NCBI GenBank assembly: GCA_963701095.1
Contig: OY969564.1
Span: 416,001 to 480,000 of the forward strand
Origin: an uncultured Methanoregulaceae archaeon
GTDB taxonomy: Archaea > Halobacteriota > Methanomicrobia > Methanomicrobiales > Methanospirillaceae
Direction of reading: 5' to 3'
DNA length: 64,000 nucleotides
Shown here piece after piece: positions 42,118 to 52,080 of the stretch. A program made the position numbers and the translations under genes. The notes under the pieces were generated by a model. That model was not told where the DNA came from, did no database searches, and saw only the letters and a program-made list of their open reading frames with translations. Each line of letters begins with the position of its first letter. The first letter of the stretch is position 1.

Positions 42118-42230
42118 TGCAGCTCCCCGGTATCCCTTATATGAAACTTAGAGATCTCATCGCTCTTTTTCCTGATCATACCGGAGAATGTCCCGGTTTT
42201 TCTATAGTTTCTTTGATCGTTTTCGTGCAT
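42114..42230 (-). CDS. Leader micro-ORF (38 aa) coupled to the lipoprotein
   Basis: GGAGGT RBS; MHENDQRNYRKTGTFSGMIRKKSDEISKFHIRDTGELQ*; ATGA overlap with the start at 42117. Confidence 0.4.
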   Translation of the reverse strand: MHENDQRNYRKTGTFSGMIRKKSDEISKFHIRDTGELQ

Positions 42231-42327
42231 TTTCCTACCTCCGTGCTATTAGAGTGCTTTTTGCAAGAGTTTTCTGATGAATAATGATTCATAGATCCAT
42301 GCGAATAATGTGCATACATCAAGAAGA

Positions 42328-42361
42328 TGTATATATCAAACTCGGTATTGCAAAATCTGAA
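42328..42361 (-). promoter_or_regulatory. Shared upstream element plus TATA box (site I)
   Basis: Minus strand TTCAGATTTTGCAA-N12-TATATACA, preceded by a further TTCAGATT half-site. Confidence 0.65.
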
Positions 42362-42596
42362 ACAATCTGAAAATTTTCAATATCAATTTTTGAGAAATAG
42401 TTCTATTGCTTAAAAGGGCAAAAAAAACTACCGTCTTAATCAATCTATATTAAAATATAAAGATCCCCAAACGAAGCATCGTTTATTTTTGATTCACATC
42501 CAGGCAGATCGATACGGAATTCCCGGTTACATAGAAAAATGTTTTAAATGAAAGTTTATGATATTTATTGATACGGTAACGGAGCGGTTTTTTACG

Positions 42597-42851
42597 TTAC
42601 TTTTTCTTCAGTCCTGATTGGGCTTCATGCATCGCTATTTTCGTATCAGCCTCATTTTTTGCGATCCGAATCTTTGCATCATCAGATGCTTTGTGGACAC
42701 TGGCCTTTGCCTGATCTGAGATTTTCTCAGTTTTGGTTTTTCCCTTAAGAGCATTGTGTGCGACTACCGATGCATTGTCATACGCAGAATGCGCAGATAC
42801 GCGAGCATCATCAACTGCTTTGTGAGCTTTAACTTTTAAATCGTCCGTCAT
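42597..42851 (-). CDS. LEA/hydrophilin-like 11-mer repeat protein (84 aa)
   Basis: VDDARVSAHSA YDNASVVAHNA ... SDQAKASVHKA SDDAKIRIAKN EADTKIAMHEA; paralog of 16649..16873. Confidence 0.78.
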   Translation of the reverse strand: MTDDLKVKAHKAVDDARVSAHSAYDNASVVAHNALKGKTKTEKISDQAKASVHKASDDAKIRIAKNEADTKIAMHEAQSGLKKK

Positions 42852-42921
42852 AACATTTCATCTCCGCTCCAAGATAGGGTTTTTCAATACCCCCAGAGCA
42901 TACTTGCATAGAACGACGTCC

Positions 42922-42956
42922 TTGATTAATTGCACTTTTATTTGCAAAATTTGGAA
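42922..42956 (-). promoter_or_regulatory. Shared upstream element plus weak TATA-like box (site J)
   Basis: Minus strand TTCCAAATTTTGCAA-N12-TTAATCAA. Confidence 0.5.
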
Positions 42957-43156
42957 AATATTTTATTAAAAATTTTTTGGTTCTCAACCGTCGAAATCCT
43001 GTAAATCTGATGTAGGCACTTCTTATTGTGTTTTGGGGCTCGTCCTCTGCCATAAGAGATCTTTATCAGCCCAGGTATACAAACTTGAAATGTTTATACC
43101 GGTAATTTGGACTGAAAAACAAGCATTAATACCTTAACACAACAAAATTTTGGAAG

Positions 43157-43699
43157 ATGGCCGACACAATTCCAGCCGGTGGTCCGACTCAGGACGAAGT
43201 GATGGCACTTTCATTATTCAAAATGGGTCTTGAACCAGCTGACTGCATGCTGGATCTCGGATGTGGAACAGGTAAAGTCTCAATTGCCGCCGCAGGACAG
43301 GTTAAAAAAGTCTGGGCTGTTGATCGGCGTCTGGAAGCAGTTGCTTATGCAGAAGCTGCAGCAAAAACTGCCGGCCGGGAAAATATTGCATTTTTTTGCA
43401 GTGAAGGTCTTGATTTTCTCAAAACAGCTCCGGTATTCGATTGCGCATTCGTTGGCGGATCGCAACAGATTGAAAAGATTTTACCCATTCTTTCAAAGAA
43501 AGTCAGGCGGGGTATCGTAGTAAATGCTGTCCTTGTCAACACACTTGAAACGGTTATAACTACAATGCAGTCGCTGGGAATTTTCCAGGAGGTTGTGCAT
43601 GTACAGGTTTCCCGCTCGCATATACTTGGGAAAAGTCTGATGTTCAAACCTATCGACCCGGTGTACATTATCGTAGGAAAAGGTGCAGCATGCTCTTAG
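43157..43699 (+). CDS. cbiT: Cobalt-precorrin-6B C15-methyltransferase (decarboxylating)
   Basis: GGPTQDEV, DLGCGTG, FVGG and VVNAV motifs; first gene of the cbi operon. Confidence 0.88.
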   Translation: MADTIPAGGPTQDEVMALSLFKMGLEPADCMLDLGCGTGKVSIAAAGQVKKVWAVDRRLEAVAYAEAAAKTAGRENIAFFCSEGLDFLKTAPVFDCAFVGGSQQIEKILPILSKKVRRGIVVNAVLVNTLETVITTMQSLGIFQEVVHVQVSRSHILGKSLMFKPIDPVYIIVGKGAACS

Positions 43700-44294
43700 G
43701 TCTGGGCCTTGGCCGGGAAACCCGGAACTCCTGACGATCCGGGCGGTCAGGCTTCTTAAAGAGGCAGATGCCGTTTTTGTTCCGGGGAGAATAGCTGCTG
43801 ATCTGGTTGCACCGTACCGCACACCAGTTATGCTTGATTTTCCCATGACTGATGATGAGCACCGGATCCGGGAATGTCTGGAATCAAATGCCGAAAAAAT
43901 TGCCCCGGTTGCGCTAAAAGGGCTTGCAGTTTTTGGCATTCTCGGTGATCCTAACTTTTTTTCTACGTTCTCGCGACTCTGTGAAATCATTACAGCCCAC
44001 CATCCCGTCATTGAGTTCCGAACAGAACCTGGGATCAGTTCGATAACGGCATTTGCTGCCGCTGCCAATATTCCCGTTGCGGGAGGGTTTGAAGTGACTG
44101 ATGGATCCAAATCATCCTCCCTTATCCGGCTTAAAGCCCGTCACCCGAAAAAGATCATCGCTAATCTGAAGGAGGAAGGGTACCGGGATTTTATCCTTGT
44201 CGAGCGGATGTTTTTTCCCGATATGAAAGTGTACCGGGGCGATGAGATCCCGGAAAAAAGCGATTACATGAGCGTCCTGTACGCGAGACGGTAA
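43690..44294 (+). CDS. cbiL: Cobalt-precorrin-2 C20-methyltransferase; apparent -1 frameshift at about 43713
   Basis: Adding one C restores MLLGLGLGPGNPELLTIRAV; FPMT, LGDP.FFSTF and PGISS motifs. Confidence 0.85.
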
Positions 44295-44296
44295 CT

Positions 44297-45022
44297 ATGG
44301 TAGTCACACCTAAAATCTGGTTTGTTGGGGCAGGACCGGGCGATCCGGAGCTAATTACGGTCAAAGGAAAGGAGTTGGTTAACGCCGCTGACGTCCTGAT
44401 CTATGCAGGGTCACTCGTTAACCCGGTACTTGTTGAAGAATCTGGTGCCCGGATCAAACACGACAGCTGGGGCATGCATCTCAATGAGATTGTTGATGAA
44501 ATGGTTCAATATGCCGTAGCCGGGGAAAAAGTAGTAAGACTACATTCCGGCGATCCCTCGCTTTACGGTGCTATTGTCGAACAGATCGAAAAAATTGAAA
44601 AACGTGGCGTCGATGTTGAGATTGTGCCCGGTGTATCTTCGTTGTTTGCAGCTGCAGCGGCACTCAGGACTCAGCTTACCCTAAAGGGTGTTTCAGAATC
44701 TGTTATTATCACGCGCCCGTCAGGAAAAACTCTTGAAAAAGACCAGATAGAAGCGTTCTCACGCTTTGGCACAACAATGGTAATCTTTCTTGGCACAGAA
44801 AAGCTCAATGAGATCACCGCAAAACTGGCGTGCCCCGATGATACGCCAGCAGCTGTTGTCTATCATGCCTCATGGCCTGACCAGAAGATTGTCTTGGGTA
44901 CCGTAGCAGATATTGCGTCAAAGGCACATGATGCCGGCATAGAACACACGGCATTGCTTCTCATTGGGGACGTTGTTGGCGAACGAAAAGCGGGGCATAT
45001 AACCTCCTATCTTTACTCATGA
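44297..45022 (+). CDS. cbiF: Cobalt-precorrin-4 C11-methyltransferase
   Basis: VGAGPGDPELITVKG, YAGSLV, RLHSGDPSLYGAI.EQ and ASWPDQ motifs. Confidence 0.93.
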   Translation: MVVTPKIWFVGAGPGDPELITVKGKELVNAADVLIYAGSLVNPVLVEESGARIKHDSWGMHLNEIVDEMVQYAVAGEKVVRLHSGDPSLYGAIVEQIEKIEKRGVDVEIVPGVSSLFAAAAALRTQLTLKGVSESVIITRPSGKTLEKDQIEAFSRFGTTMVIFLGTEKLNEITAKLACPDDTPAAVVYHASWPDQKIVLGTVADIASKAHDAGIEHTALLLIGDVVGERKAGHITSYLYS

Positions 45023-45890
45023 CAGACACCGTCGTGATCTCACTCTCCCGATTTCTGCCGGACGCCCGGAGGATCGCGGCGTTCCTCGATGCAGATATAC
45101 GTGAATACCATGCCGGTATTTTTGCTGAAGTCTTTCCGGAGTTCCGGAGAATTGTCGCATTGATGTCCATGGGCATTGTTGTCCGATGTATCGCCCCGCA
45201 TTTTAAAGATAAATGGGTCGACCCGGCAATTGTCGTGGTGACTCCTGATTTTATATATGCTATTCCTGTACTTGGAGGTCATCATGGGGCAAACGACCTT
45301 GCAAAAGAACTTGCCGGACTCGGGCTTACGCCAGTAATCTCGACAGCGACAGAATCTACAGGACGGGATTCAGTAGAATCTATTGCCTGTCGCAGTGACT
45401 GTGATATAATCAACCGGGATTCGACCGGGTAGTTAATGCAGGAATACTGGACGGAAAAACGAAAATTTATACTGTTCCGGGCCCTGGGATCATCCTTGCA
45501 GGTCCAGACGTATCAATACTCGTGCATAAGGGTGAATACACTATCGGGATAGGTTGCCGGAAAGATGTATCTGCTGAAGAGGTAACTCAGGCAATACATG
45601 AAGCACTGTCGCATGCCGGTATTACCTTGAAGGAGGTTATGATCTTTGCAACTACCGCAAAAAAATCTGACGAGGGCGGTCTTCGCGAAGCTATTGCCGC
45701 AATCCCTGCCAATTTAATATTCCTTGACGATGACATTATTAATGCTGAAGTACCCTCAACACCGTCTAAGGCAAAAAAGATAGGCCTTGTCGGTGTTGCA
45801 GAACCGTGTGCACTTGCAGTTTCTAAACACCGGGATATGATCATGAAAAAGAAAGTTTTCGGGAAGGTGACCATTGCAATTGCCCGCTGA
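45019..45890 (+). CDS. cbiG: Cobalt-precorrin-5A hydrolase; apparent -1 frameshift at about 45425
   Basis: N-terminal half (GIVVR, KWVDPAIVVV, GGHHGANDLA, ISTATE) and C-terminal half (GIGCRK, GVAEPCAL, KVTIAIA) join via STRVVNAGILDG if one C is added. Confidence 0.88.
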
Positions 45891-46662
45891 ATATTCGTCA
45901 CATGGTCTCTGGATTGTAGGGTTAGGCCCTGGAAGATCAGAGTACATGACCAGCCGGGCTGTCGAAGTACTTTCCCATGTGGAATATGTGATTGGAAATG
46001 ACAGTTATCTCGATGCGATCGAACCGCTTCTTGAAGGAAAGCAGGTTATCCGGAGTTCCATGGGAAAAGAAGTGGATCGGGCCAAAAAAGCTATCCAGCT
46101 CGCCCAAGTTCATCCGGTAGCTATTGTTTCTGGCGGTGATGCTGGTGTTTACGGAATGGCCGGTATCGTCCTTGAGGTTCTCGAACACGAAGGTGCAATA
46201 ATTCCGGTAGAAATCGTCCCTGGAGTGACTGCTGCAAATGCGGCCGCTTCCGTTGTAGGATCTCCCTTATCAGGGGATTTTGCGGTAATAAGTCTCTCCG
46301 ACATTCTCACTCCTCTTGAGGTAATAGAAAAAAGGCTCGACGCCGTTTTTTCTGTCGGTATTCCGGTGGTTATCTATAACCCACGAAGCCACGGCCGGCC
46401 GGATAATTTCGCGCTTGCAATGGAGCATGCCAGAAAATATTACCCGCCCAGTGTTCCGATCGCGATTATAAAAAATGCCCTTCGCAACCAAGGAAGCGAC
46501 CCGGTTACAACGACTCTTGGGGAGATCGGGAATTGTATCGAGGAAATCGATATGCACACGACCGTCATTATTGGCGGCACAGAGAGTAGGATATGGAGGA
46601 TGGGAAATAATGTCAAAGGAATCATCACGCCACGCGGGTACCACCGAAAATACGTATATTGA
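45874..46662 (+). CDS. cbiH: Cobalt-precorrin-3B C17-methyltransferase
   Basis: VGLGPG, M.KEVDRA, SGGDAGVYGMA, SLSD.LTP, YNPRS, DMHT..IIG and TPRGY motifs. Confidence 0.92.
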   Translation: MQLPAEYSSHGLWIVGLGPGRSEYMTSRAVEVLSHVEYVIGNDSYLDAIEPLLEGKQVIRSSMGKEVDRAKKAIQLAQVHPVAIVSGGDAGVYGMAGIVLEVLEHEGAIIPVEIVPGVTAANAAASVVGSPLSGDFAVISLSDILTPLEVIEKRLDAVFSVGIPVVIYNPRSHGRPDNFALAMEHARKYYPPSVPIAIIKNALRNQGSDPVTTTLGEIGNCIEEIDMHTTVIIGGTESRIWRMGNNVKGIITPRGYHRKYVY

Positions 46663-47275
46663 TCCAGGTGCAACGACGCCGGAAGCATACGAGATCTCGA
46701 AAACATCCCGTACGCTTGCCAGGAAGATGGTCGGGAATGTGACGACAGAAGACCGCGTACGTCAGCGGTGTTCGGTAGCCGTGGGGGATTTTGCGATGGC
46801 AGACCTTTTGAGATTCAATAGCGATCCGGTAGAAGCAACGGTCGAGGCTCTCAGGAACGTTGCAGTGATCATCACTGACATTCGCATGGTCCATGTCGGT
46901 ATCCAGAAAAAGGGACATCGTTCTGAGATACTATGTGCCCTCGATTATGGTAGTGAAATCGCTCAGAAGCGTGGCATTACAAGAAGCTCTGCAGGTTTTA
47001 TCGCACTCCGCGACAGGCTTCCAGGATCCATTGTTGTTATTGGTAACGCACCTTCTGCCCTTCTCACGGTGTGCGATATGGTAAAAGAAGGCATTCATCC
47101 GGCGGTCATTATCGGGGCTCCTGTCGGCTTTGTTAACGCGGCGGAATCAAAAGCCCTCCTGCGGACGTTAGATGTACCCTCTGTTTCCACAGAAGGGACC
47201 CGGGGAGGGACACCGGTAGCGGTCGCGGCGATCAATGAATGTATTACCCTTTTGATCGAGGAATTGACTGCATGA
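46610..47275 (+). CDS. cbiC: Cobalt-precorrin-8 methylmutase
   Basis: TDI.MV..GI, TRS, IGNAPSAL, PVGFVNAAESK and GTRGGT..AVA..N motifs. Confidence 0.92.
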   Translation: MSKESSRHAGTTENTYIDPGATTPEAYEISKTSRTLARKMVGNVTTEDRVRQRCSVAVGDFAMADLLRFNSDPVEATVEALRNVAVIITDIRMVHVGIQKKGHRSEILCALDYGSEIAQKRGITRSSAGFIALRDRLPGSIVVIGNAPSALLTVCDMVKEGIHPAVIIGAPVGFVNAAESKALLRTLDVPSVSTEGTRGGTPVAVAAINECITLLIEELTA

Positions 47276-48276
47276 GGGACCCGGTCACCGGTTTTATCTA
47301 TCCCAAAGACTGGGTGGAAAAGGTCACCGATTCTCAATCACTTGAACTCGTTGAGCACGGATTTGCAGTGCTGACTGCATCGGGTATGTTCCTCAGGCGA
47401 GGATTCACCACCGGGACCACTGCGGCTGCCGCATGTAAGGCTGCTATCCTCTCTCTCTCCGGTGACGTGTCACAGGTAACTGTAAAACTTCCCTGCAGCC
47501 TCGTGGCGGATCTTCCTGTTACAACACACGCCGGGAGGTCATCATGCAGGAAATACGCGGGAGATTATCCTTCGGACGTGACTGCAGGTATTGAGTTTGT
47601 GGCAGAAGCCGTTATTTCCGAAAATGACCTCTCCCTTGTTCCGGGCACAGGTATTGGTAGGTTTGTAAGAGATACTCCTCGGTACCGCAAAGGTGCGCCG
47701 GCTATAAGTGAAATCCCCTTGGCCTGCATCCTGTCTTCTATGCAGGAAGCACTGAGGGAGACCGGTCTTACTGGAGTTACAGTTACGCTCTCAATACCTG
47801 ACGGCGAATGTATTGGAAAAAAAACGCTTAATCCCCGGATCGGCATTGAAGGCGGGATCTCGGTGCTGGGGTCAACCGGGCTTGTCGAACCATGGGACGA
47901 TCATCTCGAAGAGTCTGTTCTTTCCCGGATAGCCGCTGCAACCCATGTGGTCATTACTACTGGCCGGATCGGTCTTCGCTACGCCCGTCTTCTTTTCCCG
48001 GATTCTGAAGTTGTGCTCGCCGGAGGAAAAATCGGAGAAGCATTATCGGTTGCGAAAGGGGATATAATCCTCTGCGGTCTTCCGGCCCTGATCTTAAAAT
48101 ATTTAGACCCGCATATCTTGGATGGAACAGGGTTTGAAACTGTGGAAGAACTGGCAGCATCGGGAATTTTCCTGAATGTTGTGGATCCAATCCTTGGAGC
48201 TTTCAGGAAAAAATATCCTAAAATCCGGGTAGTCCTGATTAACAGGGAAGGAAAAATTATTGCGGAGAGTCCATGA
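47272..48276 (+). CDS. cbiD: Cobalt-precorrin-5B C1-methyltransferase
   Basis: LRRGFTTGTTAAAA.KA, K.AGD...DVT and TLNPRIGI.GGISVLG.TG.VEP motifs. Confidence 0.93.
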   Translation: MRDPVTGFIYPKDWVEKVTDSQSLELVEHGFAVLTASGMFLRRGFTTGTTAAAACKAAILSLSGDVSQVTVKLPCSLVADLPVTTHAGRSSCRKYAGDYPSDVTAGIEFVAEAVISENDLSLVPGTGIGRFVRDTPRYRKGAPAISEIPLACILSSMQEALRETGLTGVTVTLSIPDGECIGKKTLNPRIGIEGGISVLGSTGLVEPWDDHLEESVLSRIAAATHVVITTGRIGLRYARLLFPDSEVVLAGGKIGEALSVAKGDIILCGLPALILKYLDPHILDGTGFETVEELAASGIFLNVVDPILGAFRKKYPKIRVVLINREGKIIAESP

Positions 48277-48878
48277 AAATCGTTGGTGTCGGGTGCGGCC
48301 CGGGAATGCTTACCGAACAAGCGACTCAGGTTATCCGGTCGGCCAGGTTTATTTACGGGTCAAGTCGGGCTATCGATATGGTACAAAAACTTATCCCGAA
48401 GAACTGTACTGTGCGGTCTATCATCGATTACCGGAACCTTTCCCAGATTCCTGAAAATGCGGTGATCCTCTCAACAGGCGATCCCATGCTTGCAGGTCTT
48501 GGATATCTGGCCGGTGAAGTGATACCCGGTATCTCATCACTCCAGGTTGCAGCTGCCCGGTTGCATATCCCACTTTCCCGGGTAGCAGTCATTGTTGCCC
48601 ACGGCAGAGGACATGACCGGGCAATGGAAGAAACCATTGAAGAACTCCGAAGAGAAAAAATCGTTTTTTTGATCTCAGATCCCAAGTTTGACGTTAGAGA
48701 ATTATATCGGCGTCTTGGATCTATGGGTCTTTCTATTCCGGTCAGGATTGCGGTCTGCGAAAATCTCGGATACCCGGACGAACAGATTTTAACCGGCGAT
48801 ATTGTTTCTCCACCCTTTCCTGATGCAGATCTCTATTCAATGGTTCTCGGTCAGTTTGAGGTATCTGGTAAGCGGTGA
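48273..48878 (+). CDS. cbiE: Cobalt-precorrin-7 C5-methyltransferase
   Basis: IVGVG.GPG, LSTGDP...GLG, PGISSLQ.A.AR, AHGR and ENLGYPDE motifs. Confidence 0.9.
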   Translation: MKIVGVGCGPGMLTEQATQVIRSARFIYGSSRAIDMVQKLIPKNCTVRSIIDYRNLSQIPENAVILSTGDPMLAGLGYLAGEVIPGISSLQVAAARLHIPLSRVAVIVAHGRGHDRAMEETIEELRREKIVFLISDPKFDVRELYRRLGSMGLSIPVRIAVCENLGYPDEQILTGDIVSPPFPDADLYSMVLGQFEVSGKR

Positions 48879-48940
48879 CCGGTGAAAGATTATGCTTTGG
48901 CAGTGATGGCTATTTATCTTTAATAAAAATAAGAAAAGAT

Positions 48941-49132
48941 ATGAATGTTCAGAACCTCAGAAGCCCGAAGGTTAAGGCAGTATTACTTGGAATCATTGTT
49001 GCATTCATTGTAACCGAGATAGGTACTCCTCTTGGGTTTGCTCTTGTTGTAGGCATTATTTTTGGCCTGATTGCCTATATTATCCTGAATGATTCAAATA
49101 AGATCGGAAAATTTGGGAAAAAATCTATGTGA
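48941..49132 (+). CDS. Small two-TM membrane protein
   Basis: Hydrophobic hairpin; alternative GTG start at 48875. Confidence 0.5.
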   Translation: MNVQNLRSPKVKAVLLGIIVAFIVTEIGTPLGFALVVGIIFGLIAYIILNDSNKIGKFGKKSM

Positions 49133-49285
49133 AAGGGACATTTTCATTGATATTCTGATCTTTCAGGGACTCAAATTGTTATCTCAGAACTCGAAAATAG
49201 CATAAATAATACAATTGGCCTTTCAAATTCAAGCCAAAAACTCTTTTACGGGAGGGAATCAAATGAATTGTTTAAGGAGATTTTG

Positions 49286-49480
49286 ATGAGTTCACAAAAA
49301 TCGTCGTCTTCCATCTCTAAATCGCAGTTGAGCTATCTTTTTTTTATCCTTGGTATAGTCCTGTTAATTATCCCGGAACTTAATGGTCTGGATTTTCTCC
49401 CATCAGAAATCCGTTCAATTTTTTCCGTATTGTTTTATCCGGGATTATTATGTGTTATTATCGGTTTCCTGCTTAAATAA
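49286..49480 (+). CDS. Small two-TM membrane protein
   Basis: AGGAG RBS; two hydrophobic segments. Confidence 0.55.
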   Translation: MSSQKSSSSISKSQLSYLFFILGIVLLIIPELNGLDFLPSEIRSIFSVLFYPGLLCVIIGFLLK

Positions 49481-49500
49481 GAACCGGGAAAACAAGTTTT

Positions 49501-50037
49501 TTACTTTTTGGAAGACGATTTCTCTCCCTCTTTTTCCTTGGATGCCTGCTTTTTCTCAATCTTTAATTCGCATTGCCTTTCACCGGTGCACATTGTGCGG
49601 ACGTACCGTGCCGTGTAGTTTGTGTTTAGAAGAGGAACCGTCGTGAGGGTCAGAGCCATACAACGGGAAAACGTATGTTCGTGATCGACGGCAAGTGAAT
49701 GACTATGAACCAGGAACGGGCAGCGTTTAATAAGTAATACAGCACCATCATCAGCAAGTTCAATGATCTCCCCGCCATATTCAGGACCGAAAAGGATGAT
49801 CGTTGCCTGCTGGATACTACGGGCGATCTCCGGGGCAGTTTTCACTGGGAGGGAACAAATCTGTACGATCTCCCGGACCATCCGGGCGACCTCCATCCAG
49901 ATTTCGCGTTCTAATGCATCGTATTTGTTTCCGAGCACTTCTCGGAACGCGATCTCATAAAGCGCCGGGAGTTTTGCGGCACATTCAGCGGCAAATTTCC
50001 AACGAACTGCATCTGGAACGTCCTTTAAATCTGGCAT
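49501..50037 (-). CDS. Hypothetical protein, V4R/ATC-hydrolase-like Cys motif
   Basis: RCP...C...MC.G...C pattern. Confidence 0.65.
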   Translation of the reverse strand: MPDLKDVPDAVRWKFAAECAAKLPALYEIAFREVLGNKYDALEREIWMEVARMVREIVQICSLPVKTAPEIARSIQQATIILFGPEYGGEIIELADDGAVLLIKRCPFLVHSHSLAVDHEHTFSRCMALTLTTVPLLNTNYTARYVRTMCTGERQCELKIEKKQASKEKEGEKSSSKK

Positions 50038-50195
50038 GATTTTCCTACGGAGGTATAGGAAAGGGGGTCATATCAATTTGGCGATGGGCAGATAACTGTT
50101 TAGTACCTGTGTATAGCACGACTGAAAAGAAGATGAAATTGTTATAAAAGAGATTGAGAAAACTGCCACGGCTAAAGATCCTTTGACGGTTTTTT

Positions 50196-50504
50196 TTATT
50201 GAACAATAGAAGGAATGACATCATCTGAAATGATATCTTGTCCAATTATCGCATCAGACACTTGTTCGCTTCCATAACGCCAGGAAAACCAGTTCTGCTC
50301 CCATTCGGGATTTCTTGATTTAAGCAAAAGCAAAAGTTGCACTTTAATATCCTGTGTTGTCATCCCATCATGTATATCGCCCGAAATTTGCTCTGCAATA
50401 TCCCTTGCGATATTCAGAGGAGCTCCACTTTTTATGGCGCTCACGATGACCTTTTCTGGAATAAATGCCTCCATTTGACCGTTCATTTTCTCAATCATCA
50501 CCAT
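50196..50504 (-). CDS. Stand-alone ATP-cone domain protein
   Basis: V.K..G..E.F..EK...S..K.GA....A..IA...MTT.DI pattern. Confidence 0.7.
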   Translation of the reverse strand: MVMIEKMNGQMEAFIPEKVIVSAIKSGAPLNIARDIAEQISGDIHDGMTTQDIKVQLLLLLKSRNPEWEQNWFSWRYGSEQVSDAIIGQDIISDDVIPSIVQ

Positions 50505-50691
50505 AAAATTGACCCCTTTTGTCGGACATAGGATGAAAAATGATATATAATTACGTTTACTCTTCAGATTTTGAGACAAAAAATGAAACGCCCGGGATAC
50601 CAAATGGCTGAATTTTAATCGCACGGCAATGCTGCATTGCATTGCTTCATAGAGTACCTACCGTTAATTGCCATTGTCAAGGAGGAGATTT

Positions 50692-50862
50692 ATGGTATCA
50701 TTCAAATGTTCAGAAATAGGACTTGATTGTCAATACGAAATTATGAGTGAGAGGGAGAATGATTTGCGAAGAAAGATTCTGGATCATATCCATGATTCAC
50801 ATCATGAAGGGGCTTGTCCTCCCGAGGTTTTAATGAAGATACAGACCGTTATTCATCAATGA
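50692..50862 (+). CDS. Small metal-binding protein, DUF1059-like
   Basis: FKC..IG.DC.....(E)...H....H pattern; GGAGG RBS. Confidence 0.75.
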   Translation: MVSFKCSEIGLDCQYEIMSERENDLRRKILDHIHDSHHEGACPPEVLMKIQTVIHQ

Positions 50863-50966
50863 ATTACGATTTCCTTTTTTTATATTTTCCTCATAAATGT
50901 CAGTATATCTTTTCCGGATAAAAAAGTCCTCACGTAACAAATTGTAAAAAATAATACTCTGCTAAA

Positions 50967-51911
50967 TTATGCAGCTGAAGGAATTCTATGAATATAATTT
51001 TCAAATTTTTGCTGAGACCGGATATTTTCACATATCTGCAGATTTTTCAAGGCCTGTTCGGCAGTAATGGGGAACTGACGTTCATCGGATACACAACTGA
51101 CAAATGTATTTAATTCATCTTTTAGGGATTCTGACTTATTGATCAGTACTTTCTCTATAACGTTATCCTGGACATACCGGCAATTTTCCATTGAATACTG
51201 ATCTGGTTTCCGGTAGATGGAAATTTCCTGTGTCATGAGATCTGCTTCAATGGTATAATTCTCCTCTTCGACATAAATCATTCTTATCTTCTTGGAAGAT
51301 TTCCTGCTTGCCGAAAGGTACACCGGTGTTTCATCGAAATTAAAAAGGGCTGTGCATACGTCCTGGTTTCCAGCACTATATAAAGTTGGTTGACCCGTAA
51401 AAAGGAGATTGAAAATAATATCAATATCATGGATCATAAGGTCTTCGACGACCGAACCGTCTACAACTCTTGCCGATGCCGGATTATGCCGTTTAATCTC
51501 AACATACAGAGGTTTTTTTAAGATCTTGGCAATTTCTTTAACGACCGGATTGAATCGTTCTATATGGCCTACTCCAACAATAGCATTTTCTGGTATAATA
51601 TTGACCAGTTTTTGCGCTTCATCAACAGTCTGGCAGATCGGTTTTTCGATAAGGATTGGTATGTTATGGTCGATTAAATTTTTCGCAATATCAAAATGAT
51701 ATTTGGTAGGAACGCACAGGCTCACTGCATCAACACAGGATTCAAGTTCTGCAAGAGTATCGCAGGCAAATGCATTATTCATTTTAGCCACGTTTTCTGT
51801 TGCAGCCCGGTTTGAATCAAACAATGATACAGAATCTACCGATTTCATTTCTGAATAGATTCTGGCATGATTCATCCCCATGGCTCCTACACCGATTACA
51901 CCAATATGCAA
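50967..51911 (-). CDS. Gfo/Idh/MocA-family NAD-dependent oxidoreductase (sugar-nucleotide dehydrogenase-like)
   Basis: GVIGVGAMG, EKP, GHIERFNP and DLMIHDID motifs. Confidence 0.9.
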   Translation of the reverse strand: MHIGVIGVGAMGMNHARIYSEMKSVDSVSLFDSNRAATENVAKMNNAFACDTLAELESCVDAVSLCVPTKYHFDIAKNLIDHNIPILIEKPICQTVDEAQKLVNIIPENAIVGVGHIERFNPVVKEIAKILKKPLYVEIKRHNPASARVVDGSVVEDLMIHDIDIIFNLLFTGQPTLYSAGNQDVCTALFNFDETPVYLSASRKSSKKIRMIYVEEENYTIEADLMTQEISIYRKPDQYSMENCRYVQDNVIEKVLINKSESLKDELNTFVSCVSDERQFPITAEQALKNLQICENIRSQQKFENYIHRIPSAA

Positions 51912-52080
51912 TCTTTCACGCTCCTTTGAAAATACTTCATATAATCAGAGCCGGATTGTTCTCCGCCAGATATGTCATTCATCGTCTCCCCCTTCTTTTG
52001 ATAAACATTATTTTAAGATATGCCTTGCTCCGGTGCATGGCAAATTATTATATATGGAATTAAAGTCTGCCAAGCAAAAG

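Noticed and set aside
43000..43156. Cobalamin riboswitch upstream of cbiT
   Set aside because: The region is short and AT-rich, with no recognisable B12-box or GGGAA core.
45430..45432. TAG in cbiG as a pyrrolysine or readthrough codon
   Set aside because: The CbiG sequence continues in a different frame (VVNAGILDG...), so this is a 1-nt deletion at ACC(C)GGG, not an in-frame amber.
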